Shown here in pieces: positions 19,601-29,942 of a DNA stretch of 64,000 nucleotides. The position numbers and the translations under genes were made by a program. Positions within the stretch are counted from its first letter, which is position 1. Each line of letters begins with the position of its first letter. A model generated the notes under the pieces. The model searched no databases and was not told where the DNA came from. It saw nothing but the letters and a program-made list of their open reading frames with translations. The DNA comes from a virus: IMG/VR virus record IMGVR_UViG_3300030329_005082, positions 96,001 through 160,000 of that record; one strand, given 5' to 3'.

Positions 19601-22600
19601 TCTTCATATGAGCCGTAGAATGGATATGTTGCTGGTGCGAGTTGTCCCCTTCTTGGTCCATCAACATAACGACGGTCGCGACCGGCAGTCCAGGCTGGTC
19701 TTGTGTAAGCGGAACCGGGTGAGCGAGGCTCTGGCAGTTCTCCCGAAAACGCAGTTCCGGCAGCAACACCACCAGCAAACGCCACTTGGGTGCATTGTCC
19801 GCCAGAAATTCCTGTACCTGTAATTGCCTGCCCATTCATTGCCACACCTGCGACATCTGCTACGATCTGCATCACAGCACCAACAGCACCTGGGTCTACT
19901 GGTGTTACATCAATCTCTGCATTTGATTTGCACAAAGAAACAGAAGTATAGATGGCATTTATAACATCGTTTGTAGTACTAACGCCGCTACAACCTATGA
20001 AATAAGATGTTGCATTAACTCTCAACCCTGCATCGCTTGGCAGTTTGGTCTGGTCAAATGTGAATGTCACAGCAGTAGTGGTTGTTGTAATTATGATTGT
20101 TTGTCCGTCCAAAATGCTCGCAACTGTCTCAACGGCTGTAATTGATGCAGTTGCCGGCACGGCTGGAGTTGCGTATGACACAGTTGTGGTTACTGGAATA
20201 TTGTACACATATTGTGCTGAGTTTATGTTTGCGGCAGCATAAGAAGCTGTCCCGTCGCGGAAAGAAGCATTGGTCACCTTATCATTAATCGTTCCATAAT
20301 GGGTCATCATTAGTTCGCCGCAAGGCATTGTTGCCGCATCGGCAAAAACTACAGGAACAGAAGCTGTCAAAATCGTGACCAAAGATCCTGTAGAGTCAGA
20401 ATACAAATATGAATCAAGTGGCCACATAGACCCAGAACCATTCCCAGAGCCAATTGGAGCCGATGCATCAAGTGAGTTATAAGGCTTTTGTTCTGATGCT
20501 TGCACTGTGTACCCTTGGGAGGTTACAAAAGGTGTCTCAACTCTTGGTAGCTGACGAACGTATGTTAGCTTATTTGCGGCAGAGCGCAAGTCAGCATATG
20601 TACTGAAAGATGAAACATCATAACTTGATACAGCTATGTCACTCCTCCAGAAATCATTAATAAATGACAACCTAGCTCTGGAGCCGGAGAAATATGTATA
20701 AATCTCTTTAGGATAAATTGTCTCAGGATATGAGAACACCTTGATAAGATCTGCACCGTTGGCAACTCGTGGTGTTGGTGGTACAAATTGATCTCTTAGT
20801 ATTTCATAAGGTCTTTTTATTTTCCCGTAAGAAAACTTAATGCCGCCGTTTATTTGTCTGTTTAGTTCTCTGTTTGCAAAGCCCATCAACTCGTTACCAT
20901 AACTGTATTTCATGCTTACAGTTATTTTCTCACCCAATGTTTTTGCTGGTGTCCCGAGCGGGGTTTTGATTTGGTGAATTAAAGGCTTGTATCTAGAAGT
21001 GACCGGTGCTTCTCTAAGAGAGACAGAATAATAATAATTTGACGTGTTGCCTTTTCTATCCGTCACTTGTCTTGAGGAAGTTGAATTACTAAACGAATTC
21101 ATAGGCAACCCAGTGCCCTGTTCTACTGTTTCTTGAACTTGTGGCAGAACATTGTAAGTGTTTTTCTGAGTATAGAACTTCGCATAAGGGTCTGTTCCAT
21201 TGCTAATCTGCTTCCATGGTACAAAATCGCGATTCTTAGACCACTTAAACTTCTTTGTATAAGCTAAATCAAAAATCAGGGCAGAGTCCCAACTAGAAAC
21301 AGCATTGAGGCTCTGAGTCACAAATGAAATATTTTCTGGATAACGAGACCGTAGAGCAACATATTGTCCATATATAGCAGAATTGTCCGAACCAGAAATA
21401 TAAGAAGTCCATTGAGATCTGTCAGCAGCAGGCAACGCTCTTGTTACATAACCATTATCAAACGTACTGCCAGTAATAACAGTAGTCGTTGGGAACGTAG
21501 TGCCAATCATCAACTGATTCACACGGTTCATTGGTGTTTTATGTATAGAGGGTATTACTGAACTTCCTGTTTCAAACCCTCCAAACGTTGAGTGCTTCTT
21601 AAGGTTTTCATTATGTGGCAGTCTTACTGCCATATTTCTGAAGGGCAGTGCATTGTTGGGAGAGAACTGATCAGAGTTCACATCCCTAAATTGTTGTTTA
21701 GAGTCTTGCTTGGAGCCGGGTGCAGCAAATCGGTCAGTGAAGATTGTTTCATTTATTCTTCGTGAAGGTATCTGCCGTGGTGCAGGATAGTCTGCTGAGC
21801 CCGTTAGTCCAAGGGCTCTTCGGGCTGGTGTTGTTAGGAATGCTGTCGGCGCACTATAAGCATAATGACTGTTGTTGAAAACAAAGTCCATATTTGTGTC
21901 TGCGCGGTTGTTCCCTTGAACAACTTCATAATATTTTGAATAGTTTCCGACTTTTCTGACGCCATCAGTTACTTGATGGTCAGAGATGACTGTTTTGATG
22001 TTTGCAATATTCAAAGGCGACTTGGAAGCCAAACCTCTTAGGTATTGACCTTTGGGCTTGTTTTCTATCGTCAAGGTTGTTATAGAGCCAGTCCCGCTAG
22101 CAATCTCTAAGCTGTATTCTTCGGCGCGATCTACTGTTCTAAATGGTGCGTTATGACGTGCTTGAATACCACCAACCCACCTTTCAGCGAATGGACCCTG
22201 CATGGGAACACTTTGACGATAAGGAAGAACACTGTCTTCGTGGATATTGGTTAGTGATATGCCAGTAAGTCCGGAACTGTTGAGTCCAGCATTATATCCT
22301 GATACGATACTAGAACTTACCGCCGTAAACGGAGTAATCTGACTACCCTTGTAGAGATTGCCGTCTTTGGTTGCTCGGAAAGCTACTTTTTTCTTTTCAT
22401 TCGGAACATCTTCATCTGTACAATCTGGAAATGCTTCAAATCTGTCAAAAGTTAAATCACGGAATCGGCGCTTCTTGTTGAGGTACTGATTGATACCGCC
22501 ATAATAAGGAGGTATTAGTTTGGCGGAAATACAAACAATAGAGTTTGCACCCCTTTGAGTGGCTTTCTGATCTGTAGCAACAGTATGAGGAGGTCCAATT

Positions 22601-25600
22601 TCTCTGGACCATGCGTTTAAAACAGCATTTCTGGTTGCTAATATTCCATCAGAATCCGCAACAAGTGGTGGTACGTCTCTCTCGGCTCTTGTCTGCCACC
22701 AAACACAATTTTCATTTTGATTGCCGCTTACTGGGTGGTGATTTTTTGCCCAACCGGGAATATCCAAACATATTGTGCCTCTTGGTGCGCCGAGGAGCCC
22801 GCCAGGTCCACCAGGGTGTCGGTCTCTTAGTATTGAGATCTTGTGTTGAATTTTCGGACGCTCAAGAACGTGGTTCTCAACAATTTTACGAACATCAGAT
22901 GCGTGGCGAGCAGATTCAGGGAAAAACTCTTCAATCACCTGACTCATTGAAGTGTCTAGCCACTTGAAATAATCAATGTATTTTTCTAAGTCAGGAATAT
23001 CGTTTCTTACCTTGCGGAAGAATATCTCTCTAACTTTTTCCATTCGCTTATAATTTAAACGATACTTGTTTACTGGTTCACCAATGAGGTTGTTAAAGTC
23101 TTCAATGCTAGCAAACAATTCAAGCATCCTGTTGGAGATGCTGCGATACATGGATCGTTCTACAGCAAAATAGAATGTCTCAGGTCTCGTATAAATTCCG
23201 AAAGTCTGCTCATCAGAATTGAGAGCTTGAACCATCTCTTCGCCGCCAACATATTCAGGCACCTGAAGTTTACTGGTATGGATATAAGCTTTTCGGACTG
23301 GTGTTGAACTAGCCGCAAAGAAATCACCACGTCCAGAATGTTGTCGTAAGTTAATATTACTGAACATTGCTTTCTGGTATTGACTTGGGTAATCCGCTGC
23401 GACGGAACCAGAAGAGAAATCTTGAACAACAAAGCGACCAGAGGCGTCGCTTCCTGTAATATTTCCGAAGTCCCAGTTTAGGGCAAGTGTTTGAATGCGG
23501 GGTATATAAACATTTGGATTCTGAGCTTGGAAAGAATAAGCATTTCTATATGGACGGAGGCGTCCGTGAGTATCTGCTTCCTTAGCTTGAAGGTCTAGCG
23601 TTCCAGATGGGAAATAATCTGTCCAAAATCTAACACTAGAGGCACGGACATCTGTTTTTTCTAACGTGCTGCCTGTAAAGTTTGTCCTGTGAGCACCAAC
23701 ATAAATTCTCTTATTTGACTCTATGATTGGTGCAGCATCATTATAAGTCATAGATGCGCTGGCTAGGAAGCTATTTCTTTTAACTCCTGTATCATAATTT
23801 ACACCGTAAAGTTCCAGGGTGTAGCCGTCTGTTGATACTGATGCGCCATTGATTGCATCTGTAAAAGGATATTTTGTAGGGCGTAGAGATAAAGTAAAGT
23901 TCCACTTTTGATTATCATATACGTCATTGAATATAGAACTTGATAAAAGTGTCGTGCCGGCCCGATTCTTGACAACAAAATAAGCATCTCTGACCCGGTA
24001 ATTTGGTGAATAAACTTTAGGATATTCCCCTGGAGACCTGATTGCATATACTTGAAGTCCGTGGTCATTCCCCGCAGTCTGCCATGTCATATCCGTGGAG
24101 GTTTGATCTGTATCAAAAGGCGTGTGGAAACCCATCAAAGAAGAAGTCAAAACCCTTGGCATTTCGTAAGGCAACAATTCGGGATTATCTTTGTCTGGAA
24201 AAACTATTTCACTCTGTAAAGAAAAGGCAAATTCTTCAAGGTTCAATGACCCTGTTACAAACCCTTTAGAATTAGTATTAGAAGCGTCGGGATACTGATA
24301 AACACTCGCCTTTACATCCCCCTGGTTTAAAAGTCCCGTAAAGTCTGCGAACTTTTTAGTACTCATCGTAGAGATATAATTGCTCTTAACTTCAAAGTCT
24401 GAATTATCAGGATACGTGTTGAGAGCTATGACTTCTTCACCCACACCCAAACAACGAATGAAGTTTCTAATTGATTTTTCAGTACCCTTAGACTTTAGAA
24501 TAAAACTAAGGTTGTTGTAGATGTTTTTATAAATTGAATTTTTAACTTCTATGAGTCTCTGTTCAAAATTTATCTGCTCATCTCTTTGTAAGAATTGTTG
24601 TAAAGTGCCGGCATTTTGGAAGAATTCGGGCATTTCCAAACCCATTGATTCTACTAGGCGGTCATTATAAGGATACTCATTGATTGAGCCAGTGGCGCTG
24701 CCACTAATATATTTTACATGACGAAGCTCTTTAAGTGCGGTCAATTGATTATAAAGAGTGTCAAAATAGCTGGAAAGTATTTGTGTGACACTTACAATCT
24801 CATTTTCACCGTTTTCTTCCTCTTCAATTATCCAATTAGGAAGATGATTCAACAAGCGAGAGTTGTTATTATAATCATAATTGCTGCCGGTTAAAACATA
24901 TGCAGCCTTCGTGTCTACATAAAGCGGGTTGGAAGTTCTGATGATCGGGTCACCAACTTCTCTTACCGATTCTAATTCAAGTGAATCAACTGCTGAGGCT
25001 GTGTTTCTGCTGTGAGTTGTATTATATCCTGTAAAGGCACCATTAGATAAACGACCGGAATAATCCAAACATATACTGTCAATGCTCGCGGTCTGAGTAA
25101 TGCCTTCGTTGAATTTTAGATAAACACCCAATCCAACATTTGCGTCATATTTGTCTGTACCACCGCCAACGCTATCAAACCAATATCTTCCTATCTGTTC
25201 ATCGTTGCGATTAGTCTTCCAAAATCTAAATTCGTCAACAGACGCTGATAACTTTCCGTACCCCTGGGCGGCACCTGGCAGTCCTGATATGTCTGTTCTA
25301 AGAGCACCAATGTTACCAATCATTGAACCAGTGACTAAACCAATTTCCGCAGACACAGCAGGCGGAATAGCTGTTTGAACACAGGCACCATTTACAAAAA
25401 AGTCAATTGTAGGACTGGACCCAGAAGTATTAAATACAAATGAGAAGTTTCGGAAAACTCCGTCTGAAATACTTATACCACCTGTTGTCGGGACTGGAAT
25501 TCCATCAAAACCGTGGGAACCGGATTTCATTGTTACATAAAATCTATCCTCTGTCCCTTGTCTTAGTTCAATTCTCAATCTGCCGTATTGAGCAGATGTG

Positions 25601-26205
25601 GTTGCAGCACCATTCCAAAGGTCAAAAATAACTTGACGCTCTGATGATGTTGAGGCATCAATTTCCGAGTTCTTCTTTAGGAAGAATTCAACTGAACTAC
25701 CGCTTGGACCGCCGAATTCTAGATTGGAAGTTCTGTTTTTAGATTCTTTATAAATGGATCCTGAATGGGGTCCGCCTTTGATTTGGATATATTCTGCTGA
25801 GGATGAGTAATATCCAGAAGCGTGTGAGCTTATGGCTCCATAATCTGCGCCAATAGTGACATATCCTGTAGAAGTTGGATATACATCTTCAAGGATATAT
25901 TTCTCTAAAGGGTTGATTTTATTATAAAAGCCGACTCTTTCTAATATTGATCCATCGTATGGGTAATAGTTCGCAATATAATTGAAAGCGTTGCTATAAT
26001 ATTGCTCAGCCGAACCAAACCTAACAAAACTTTCTGGCTTTGAATAATCAACAGGGGGAAGAAAATATTTCTGTTTTTGTATAGAAGCAGACAGGTGAGC
26101 TTCGGACTCTATTCCGTCACCTAAAGTATCAGGCGCACTAAGTTTCAGGAATTTTCCGACAGTAACAATTTGTAGGTTATTGTCAAATAGTTTTTTTACA
26201 CTCAT
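16648..26205 (-). CDS. Giant 3185-aa virion protein with LamG/ConA-like domain(s); baseplate wedge or fibre scaffold
   Basis: LSASVDEFRFWK...VYLKFNEG LamG-type signature; Ser/Thr/Gly rich; follows gp6- and gp25-like genes. Confidence 0.7.
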   Translation of the reverse strand: MSVKKLFDNNLQIVTVGKFLKLSAPDTLGDGIESEAHLSASIQKQKYFLPPVDYSKPESFVRFGSAEQYYSNAFNYIANYYPYDGSILERVGFYNKINPLEKYILEDVYPTSTGYVTIGADYGAISSHASGYYSSSAEYIQIKGGPHSGSIYKESKNRTSNLEFGGPSGSSVEFFLKKNSEIDASTSSERQVIFDLWNGAATTSAQYGRLRIELRQGTEDRFYVTMKSGSHGFDGIPVPTTGGISISDGVFRNFSFVFNTSGSSPTIDFFVNGACVQTAIPPAVSAEIGLVTGSMIGNIGALRTDISGLPGAAQGYGKLSASVDEFRFWKTNRNDEQIGRYWFDSVGGGTDKYDANVGLGVYLKFNEGITQTASIDSICLDYSGRLSNGAFTGYNTTHSRNTASAVDSLELESVREVGDPIIRTSNPLYVDTKAAYVLTGSNYDYNNNSRLLNHLPNWIIEEEENGENEIVSVTQILSSYFDTLYNQLTALKELRHVKYISGSATGSINEYPYNDRLVESMGLEMPEFFQNAGTLQQFLQRDEQINFEQRLIEVKNSIYKNIYNNLSFILKSKGTEKSIRNFIRCLGVGEEVIALNTYPDNSDFEVKSNYISTMSTKKFADFTGLLNQGDVKASVYQYPDASNTNSKGFVTGSLNLEEFAFSLQSEIVFPDKDNPELLPYEMPRVLTSSLMGFHTPFDTDQTSTDMTWQTAGNDHGLQVYAIRSPGEYPKVYSPNYRVRDAYFVVKNRAGTTLLSSSIFNDVYDNQKWNFTLSLRPTKYPFTDAINGASVSTDGYTLELYGVNYDTGVKRNSFLASASMTYNDAAPIIESNKRIYVGAHRTNFTGSTLEKTDVRASSVRFWTDYFPSGTLDLQAKEADTHGRLRPYRNAYSFQAQNPNVYIPRIQTLALNWDFGNITGSDASGRFVVQDFSSGSVAADYPSQYQKAMFSNINLRQHSGRGDFFAASSTPVRKAYIHTSKLQVPEYVGGEEMVQALNSDEQTFGIYTRPETFYFAVERSMYRSISNRMLELFASIEDFNNLIGEPVNKYRLNYKRMEKVREIFFRKVRNDIPDLEKYIDYFKWLDTSMSQVIEEFFPESARHASDVRKIVENHVLERPKIQHKISILRDRHPGGPGGLLGAPRGTICLDIPGWAKNHHPVSGNQNENCVWWQTRAERDVPPLVADSDGILATRNAVLNAWSREIGPPHTVATDQKATQRGANSIVCISAKLIPPYYGGINQYLNKKRRFRDLTFDRFEAFPDCTDEDVPNEKKKVAFRATKDGNLYKGSQITPFTAVSSSIVSGYNAGLNSSGLTGISLTNIHEDSVLPYRQSVPMQGPFAERWVGGIQARHNAPFRTVDRAEEYSLEIASGTGSITTLTIENKPKGQYLRGLASKSPLNIANIKTVISDHQVTDGVRKVGNYSKYYEVVQGNNRADTNMDFVFNNSHYAYSAPTAFLTTPARRALGLTGSADYPAPRQIPSRRINETIFTDRFAAPGSKQDSKQQFRDVNSDQFSPNNALPFRNMAVRLPHNENLKKHSTFGGFETGSSVIPSIHKTPMNRVNQLMIGTTFPTTTVITGSTFDNGYVTRALPAADRSQWTSYISGSDNSAIYGQYVALRSRYPENISFVTQSLNAVSSWDSALIFDLAYTKKFKWSKNRDFVPWKQISNGTDPYAKFYTQKNTYNVLPQVQETVEQGTGLPMNSFSNSTSSRQVTDRKGNTSNYYYSVSLREAPVTSRYKPLIHQIKTPLGTPAKTLGEKITVSMKYSYGNELMGFANRELNRQINGGIKFSYGKIKRPYEILRDQFVPPTPRVANGADLIKVFSYPETIYPKEIYTYFSGSRARLSFINDFWRSDIAVSSYDVSSFSTYADLRSAANKLTYVRQLPRVETPFVTSQGYTVQASEQKPYNSLDASAPIGSGNGSGSMWPLDSYLYSDSTGSLVTILTASVPVVFADAATMPCGELMMTHYGTINDKVTNASFRDGTASYAAANINSAQYVYNIPVTTTVSYATPAVPATASITAVETVASILDGQTIIITTTTTAVTFTFDQTKLPSDAGLRVNATSYFIGCSGVSTTNDVINAIYTSVSLCKSNAEIDVTPVDPGAVGAVMQIVADVAGVAMNGQAITGTGISGGQCTQVAFAGGVAAGTAFSGELPEPRSPGSAYTRPAWTAGRDRRYVDGPRRGQLAPATYPFYGSYEDYVSDIRLVGKDHTILPEFRISEHIEQYQNEGSLFAVISASLEITGSNTSNFDGTNPNFYERFAQTDDIEFLEDFMPTDEGDRNFIFNDYPRHFELESEAIVKLLPYSGFYPVDRTLDIAALFRTAYSSNAVYAGSSAGTTPAWRSLLRPFFAPGIMYNSIKSGVAVDYPIRRAERNADQYFPLAALHYDTLRGCLSGSLSSATTGAGSIPGNKRRNREDAEWSSAEVNKFFWADRLPFETILDPAAALEEGYEQPTVLSDLNQLLYLDVSGSITPKGLDDTLYKKAVSNFLANVPKFFLSKKENKYGSDGYLAKFVSQFGKPASSEGEVSAPVRTVDVQKDAAYMMEIGLMKTEEFNFYSNPYAYGIPTATGSAAWETLTANQIPKPLSWPRHRGEFAPFTPPHYYGPSLVRITFMPDGGKDSYTLDEIINNDRGEVFVQFLNASSSFYDFTSGSFVDRDGVATSTTGTPDYGWNRAWQNRMDIDASISIGNEFPTDHGGTYKSSDPNKWVIMPKWECPTLDFPDRSGPTDQYAYSSSVNVGMYTSSAQGMWHQYGVMPQTNQGSYLYIKDIPTGESEEYDLVAIGTPDGSTGDVERVYKYVKKVPDFVLEANRTVRSLADLCGFDSEEIIRSGFDMSRAKRLGELAPDNEKSISEAILALPFYIDPKLNEPRLITLQGPADKLGPKVKQFRKQFTKFSLPPALARKLMGMVPKGYPTIPDLINPFGGDDYDSILEGEEMTQTPVVYLMEHKVSLTRQDLSDIWQGVMPELSTKFRQSLSAIDHYMPGDNVEAEPTVFPEVLKEQLALGAERDGHPRYDLLDIAKHPDRLGFFPDIKWLVFKVKERGIPSYTQMVVEEVEGDKAFTYDSIRQSFINEGMDERTASRLLADRDNFSKSIYMLKHHLGDPTYNWPYDYCSVLELGKINTKVGFRPELKSELEEYQEEGRATTRELERAAEEARAGSGVIDSPGVDLRGLTQNRPE

Positions 26206-27719
26206 TTATCTTCTTCTTTAATTTTGAATTTGAACACCTCTGGTTGTTCAACATACTCACCTTGTAAATAGTAAGCAAATGTAATTCCATATGCATAGCC
26301 TGGTTCAAGGTAGGAAGTATCTAATTCAAAATAATTACCGCTCACGTCGTATGAGAGACGACTGAAGTAGTTGTTAGCACTTCCTGTACCAAATGGGATG
26401 ACCTCTAGATCATCAACAACTCTATGAATGCGGTAATAAGAATCTTCTATAATATCTGGGAGTGTTTCCGCTGTTGCTACTGTATAAATGTTGGGATTCC
26501 AGTTTTTCTTTCTGGCAAATACGCGAAGGTTTGGAGTTTGTCCTTGTGTGTAAGAATCTTCTAAATTGGTTATAGAAGTGATGTACTCTTCACGATACAA
26601 CCCATCAATAGTTCCAAATGTTTTAGGTTCATAAGATGCTGTATAAAAATCTACTCTAGAGCCGCCAGACCCTGTATGCCAGACATCAAATACTGTGTCA
26701 AGCGCACTGGTGCTAGCAAAAGAGGCCGTATAAACACCAGTTATTGTTGCTCCATTTTCCCTTAAGATTCCGGCAGTGACACTGGTGTCGGCGGTGCCTC
26801 CCGGCTTTACAAGACTCAGAGCACCTCCAGATGGAGCCGCACTGCCAGAATAAATATCTACGGTCAGCGTTTCATTAGATAGCCCAGGAATATTCTGAAG
26901 CTGTCCTCTTACTATATTATACAAATACAGCGTGTTTAGATTATTGTCTGCACTTGCAACGCTGCTGCTAACAAAGAAGCTGCCGCGATGGTCTTTTCTT
27001 GTAGAATCCCAGCGGGCTTCAAGAGTTGGACGGTAGTGGAAGAATTCACTGGTTCTAGAGAAGAACTTTTTAGTATACATTGTTTCTGAGCCGGACACCA
27101 CTGAATCTGGAAATTTTACAAGAAATCCATAATTTGCCTCTCCGCCAACAGCGTCCAACCACTTATAAACCTGATCGGAAACATCAAGAGACATATTCTC
27201 TAATCCTGTTTCAAATGTAAAAGTCTTCTTGGTTTCGGCGGGGGCTAAATATGTTCCACCTGCCTGGGTCCAAGTTGTTCCTGCGGCAGAAGATAACCAA
27301 CTGGAGGCTCCAAGATCTGTGTAATTTTCCATATCTAAGCCACGACCCTCTGTCCAAGTTTCTGAAAGCATATAAACATCCAAAGAGAAATCTCTAGGCG
27401 CTGTATTGCCATGAGGGGCATTATAAAGGTTTAGATAAAATTTGATACTTCCTGTATCCGCCGGCAAGACGCCACTTGCCATATCTGAAGTGATTGTAGA
27501 TATTGGGAACTGAATAATGAACCTACACTGCTCAGCGCCCGAAGCATTGGCTGCGGAAGGACTTGTTGTCACAGATGCAGTAGTTTGCCCATGGATTACA
27601 AATGCCTCAAGAATATCGGCACCGCCCATATTTGATTCTTCGCCACGGGTAATCAAATTGCTTTTGTAAGCATTCGTGATTGTATTATCTTTGGCGGCGT
27701 AATATTTTTTGATAGCCAT
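26202..27719 (-). CDS. DNRLRE-like domain virion protein
   Basis: KDNTI...SNMG...RFIIQF...LYN...WTEG...NYGFLVK...FFS...PTLE pattern. Confidence 0.55.
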   Translation of the reverse strand: MAIKKYYAAKDNTITNAYKSNLITRGEESNMGGADILEAFVIHGQTTASVTTSPSAANASGAEQCRFIIQFPISTITSDMASGVLPADTGSIKFYLNLYNAPHGNTAPRDFSLDVYMLSETWTEGRGLDMENYTDLGASSWLSSAAGTTWTQAGGTYLAPAETKKTFTFETGLENMSLDVSDQVYKWLDAVGGEANYGFLVKFPDSVVSGSETMYTKKFFSRTSEFFHYRPTLEARWDSTRKDHRGSFFVSSSVASADNNLNTLYLYNIVRGQLQNIPGLSNETLTVDIYSGSAAPSGGALSLVKPGGTADTSVTAGILRENGATITGVYTASFASTSALDTVFDVWHTGSGGSRVDFYTASYEPKTFGTIDGLYREEYITSITNLEDSYTQGQTPNLRVFARKKNWNPNIYTVATAETLPDIIEDSYYRIHRVVDDLEVIPFGTGSANNYFSRLSYDVSGNYFELDTSYLEPGYAYGITFAYYLQGEYVEQPEVFKFKIKEEDK

Positions 27720-27720
27720 T

Positions 27721-29514
27721 TTAGATCACTGCTCCTATAATGTCTCTATTTGGCAGTAATACTTCAGCAGCAGCATCTTCTGGGAGTACTAAGAATCTAC
27801 CATCGTCAGAAAGATTAGAGTCAATATCAAATCTATAATTACTATAAACTCCGCCGACATTATTTACAAGCTCTACTTCGGTTGTGTCTACAACCCCAGG
27901 AACCTCGTTCAATAGTTTATAAATCTGGGAAATGTAAATTGCCTCTCCGATGTTAAATTTGATATTGATATATTCGTCTTTTAGTTTTTGTATGCACGCA
28001 TCAAGCAATTCATAACGATTGACATCTAATGCTGGCAAGACTTTGAACTTGATGCCAATATTGATTACTTTGCCGCTCAATACATCAACAGTATCGTTGA
28101 TCATTCTGTATTTGTTCAGCCAAACTCTTGTGTTTTCTTTAAGATTTGTATTTGGTTCAATCAAATCGCCGTTAGCATTTTCTGATAGAAGATAAACATT
28201 GAGATTTCTCTTTAGGGAATTTACATCACGAACAACATTGGCTCGCTTAACTTTACCAAACTTTGAAGGCATACGATAAATCAGATTGATATAATCTACG
28301 CGAGTTACCGCTCGGTTCTGGGATGCGAAGGTTCCGAAAGCTCTTTCTCTGATTTCTTCCGCCGTCAAAATACTCGTATCCCCTAATATTGGATTCTCAT
28401 TTTCTACTTCTATAGAGGTGACAACTCCATTAAGTGAATTGAGATCCAACGTTCCCTCGTTTCTAAAAGAAAAACGAGGAGAGATCACTTCACTCAAACC
28501 ATTGACGGCAACGTTAATTTCGTCCGATGTGTTTGCGGCGTACTCAATTGTTAGAGTAGTGTCTGTTGGAACAACACCAAACTTATCTGTTTGAATTAAA
28601 TTTGTAGGGTCAAATGTTTGATCTGTTATATGGGTGCGACCATTCACATCCAAAACAACATCGGCTGGATCTGCTACGACATCTGTTGTGATATTGTCTT
28701 GGGAACCATACCCAAATTGAATATAAGTGTCTCCATTTGCTTCAAATTGTGTCACAAACCTACGAGGAACAGGCTTAAGTTTCATAATATAAGGAACAAC
28801 TTCTCGGTCTGAGGATGTGTTCTGAAATTCTTTTATAATGACATCCTGTGTGAGGAAATCAACTTCATAATATTCATTCCCTTGACTGTCTTTTACGGAG
28901 ATAACCTCGCTAATATTTCCCTGATCAATGTTAATTCTTAGGAATCTCTCATAATCTGTCACTGTTGTTATCTGTTCATACACTTGCCCAGAAACTACTT
29001 GTCCAAAAGCCTTAACGGCAAAAAAGGTTGGATTACCAGTAGAGTCATCAACACGAGCAACAGTTACCTCATTATTAGGATTAGTAAAATCAACATTTTC
29101 TGTCAAAGTAAAAGCAGACCCGTTCTTTGAGGAAATAAGACTACCTCTTTGTAATATTGGAAAATAATCTAAATCAGGTCCACGAGAATTGGGATCAGCA
29201 GGGACAATAATATAAAAAGATGCAAGTCCTGTAGATTTGGCAGCGCCGGGAGTTTTGTACCCTAACGTGTTTGAGAGACGGTTAACATTTTCATAAGTGA
29301 TGGCGCTATCCAGAAAACTTTCGTTTGCCTGAAAGTCTGCATAGAAAGACAACTGGTCGCCAACATAGGCTACCATATCCATCATCAATGCACCAAAAGA
29401 AGCTTCACTGAAATCCTTAAAGGTCGTGGGATAGTACCTTTCAGCATAGTTTACCAAGTCTTGCTTGATACTTTCAAAATCTCTGCTGGTGTAGTTTATC
29501 GGTCTTTTTGCCAT
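27721..29514 (-). CDS. Baseplate wedge subunit (T4 gp6 / baseplate-J-like)
   Basis: INYTSRDFESIKQDL...YYP...DFSEAS.G..MDM.AYVGD.LSFY; QNRAVT..DY. Confidence 0.85.
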   Translation of the reverse strand: MAKRPINYTSRDFESIKQDLVNYAERYYPTTFKDFSEASFGALMMDMVAYVGDQLSFYADFQANESFLDSAITYENVNRLSNTLGYKTPGAAKSTGLASFYIIVPADPNSRGPDLDYFPILQRGSLISSKNGSAFTLTENVDFTNPNNEVTVARVDDSTGNPTFFAVKAFGQVVSGQVYEQITTVTDYERFLRINIDQGNISEVISVKDSQGNEYYEVDFLTQDVIIKEFQNTSSDREVVPYIMKLKPVPRRFVTQFEANGDTYIQFGYGSQDNITTDVVADPADVVLDVNGRTHITDQTFDPTNLIQTDKFGVVPTDTTLTIEYAANTSDEINVAVNGLSEVISPRFSFRNEGTLDLNSLNGVVTSIEVENENPILGDTSILTAEEIRERAFGTFASQNRAVTRVDYINLIYRMPSKFGKVKRANVVRDVNSLKRNLNVYLLSENANGDLIEPNTNLKENTRVWLNKYRMINDTVDVLSGKVINIGIKFKVLPALDVNRYELLDACIQKLKDEYINIKFNIGEAIYISQIYKLLNEVPGVVDTTEVELVNNVGGVYSNYRFDIDSNLSDDGRFLVLPEDAAAEVLLPNRDIIGAVI

Positions 29515-29537
29515 AATGTTTGTACTCGCCTCGTCTT

Positions 29538-29942
29538 TTAACTAGTCATTGTTGATGTTATTATTAGCTGATCTTCCTCATCATATGGTAAGATATTATA
29601 TGTAATGACAACCCTAACCTCATTAAAACCCATAGTGGGGTCCTCATCTGATGTTGTAAAGTTGACAGAAACAAGGTTTACCGCTGGAGCATACATGTCT
29701 GCTTGTTCTGCCACTCTGGAGGCTATCTCCTCAAATGTAGATGGTCCAACATTCTCAAATAAAAGGTTATAAATACCTACACCAAAATTAGGAATCATGA
29801 CTCTTTCGCCAGGTGATGTGAGAACAATGTTTTTAAAGTTCTGCTTAATCACCTCTTTGAGGGTCTTATTTAGACGATATGGCCCATCCGTCTTGTCGTA
29901 AACTAGAGGGACTTTTGGTGATATTCCTTGTCTCTTTGTCAT
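29538..29942 (-). CDS. Baseplate gp25/GPW-like protein
   Basis: LTSPGERVMIPNFGVGIYNLLFE signature. Confidence 0.88.
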   Translation of the reverse strand: MTKRQGISPKVPLVYDKTDGPYRLNKTLKEVIKQNFKNIVLTSPGERVMIPNFGVGIYNLLFENVGPSTFEEIASRVAEQADMYAPAVNLVSVNFTTSDEDPTMGFNEVRVVITYNILPYDEEDQLIITSTMTS

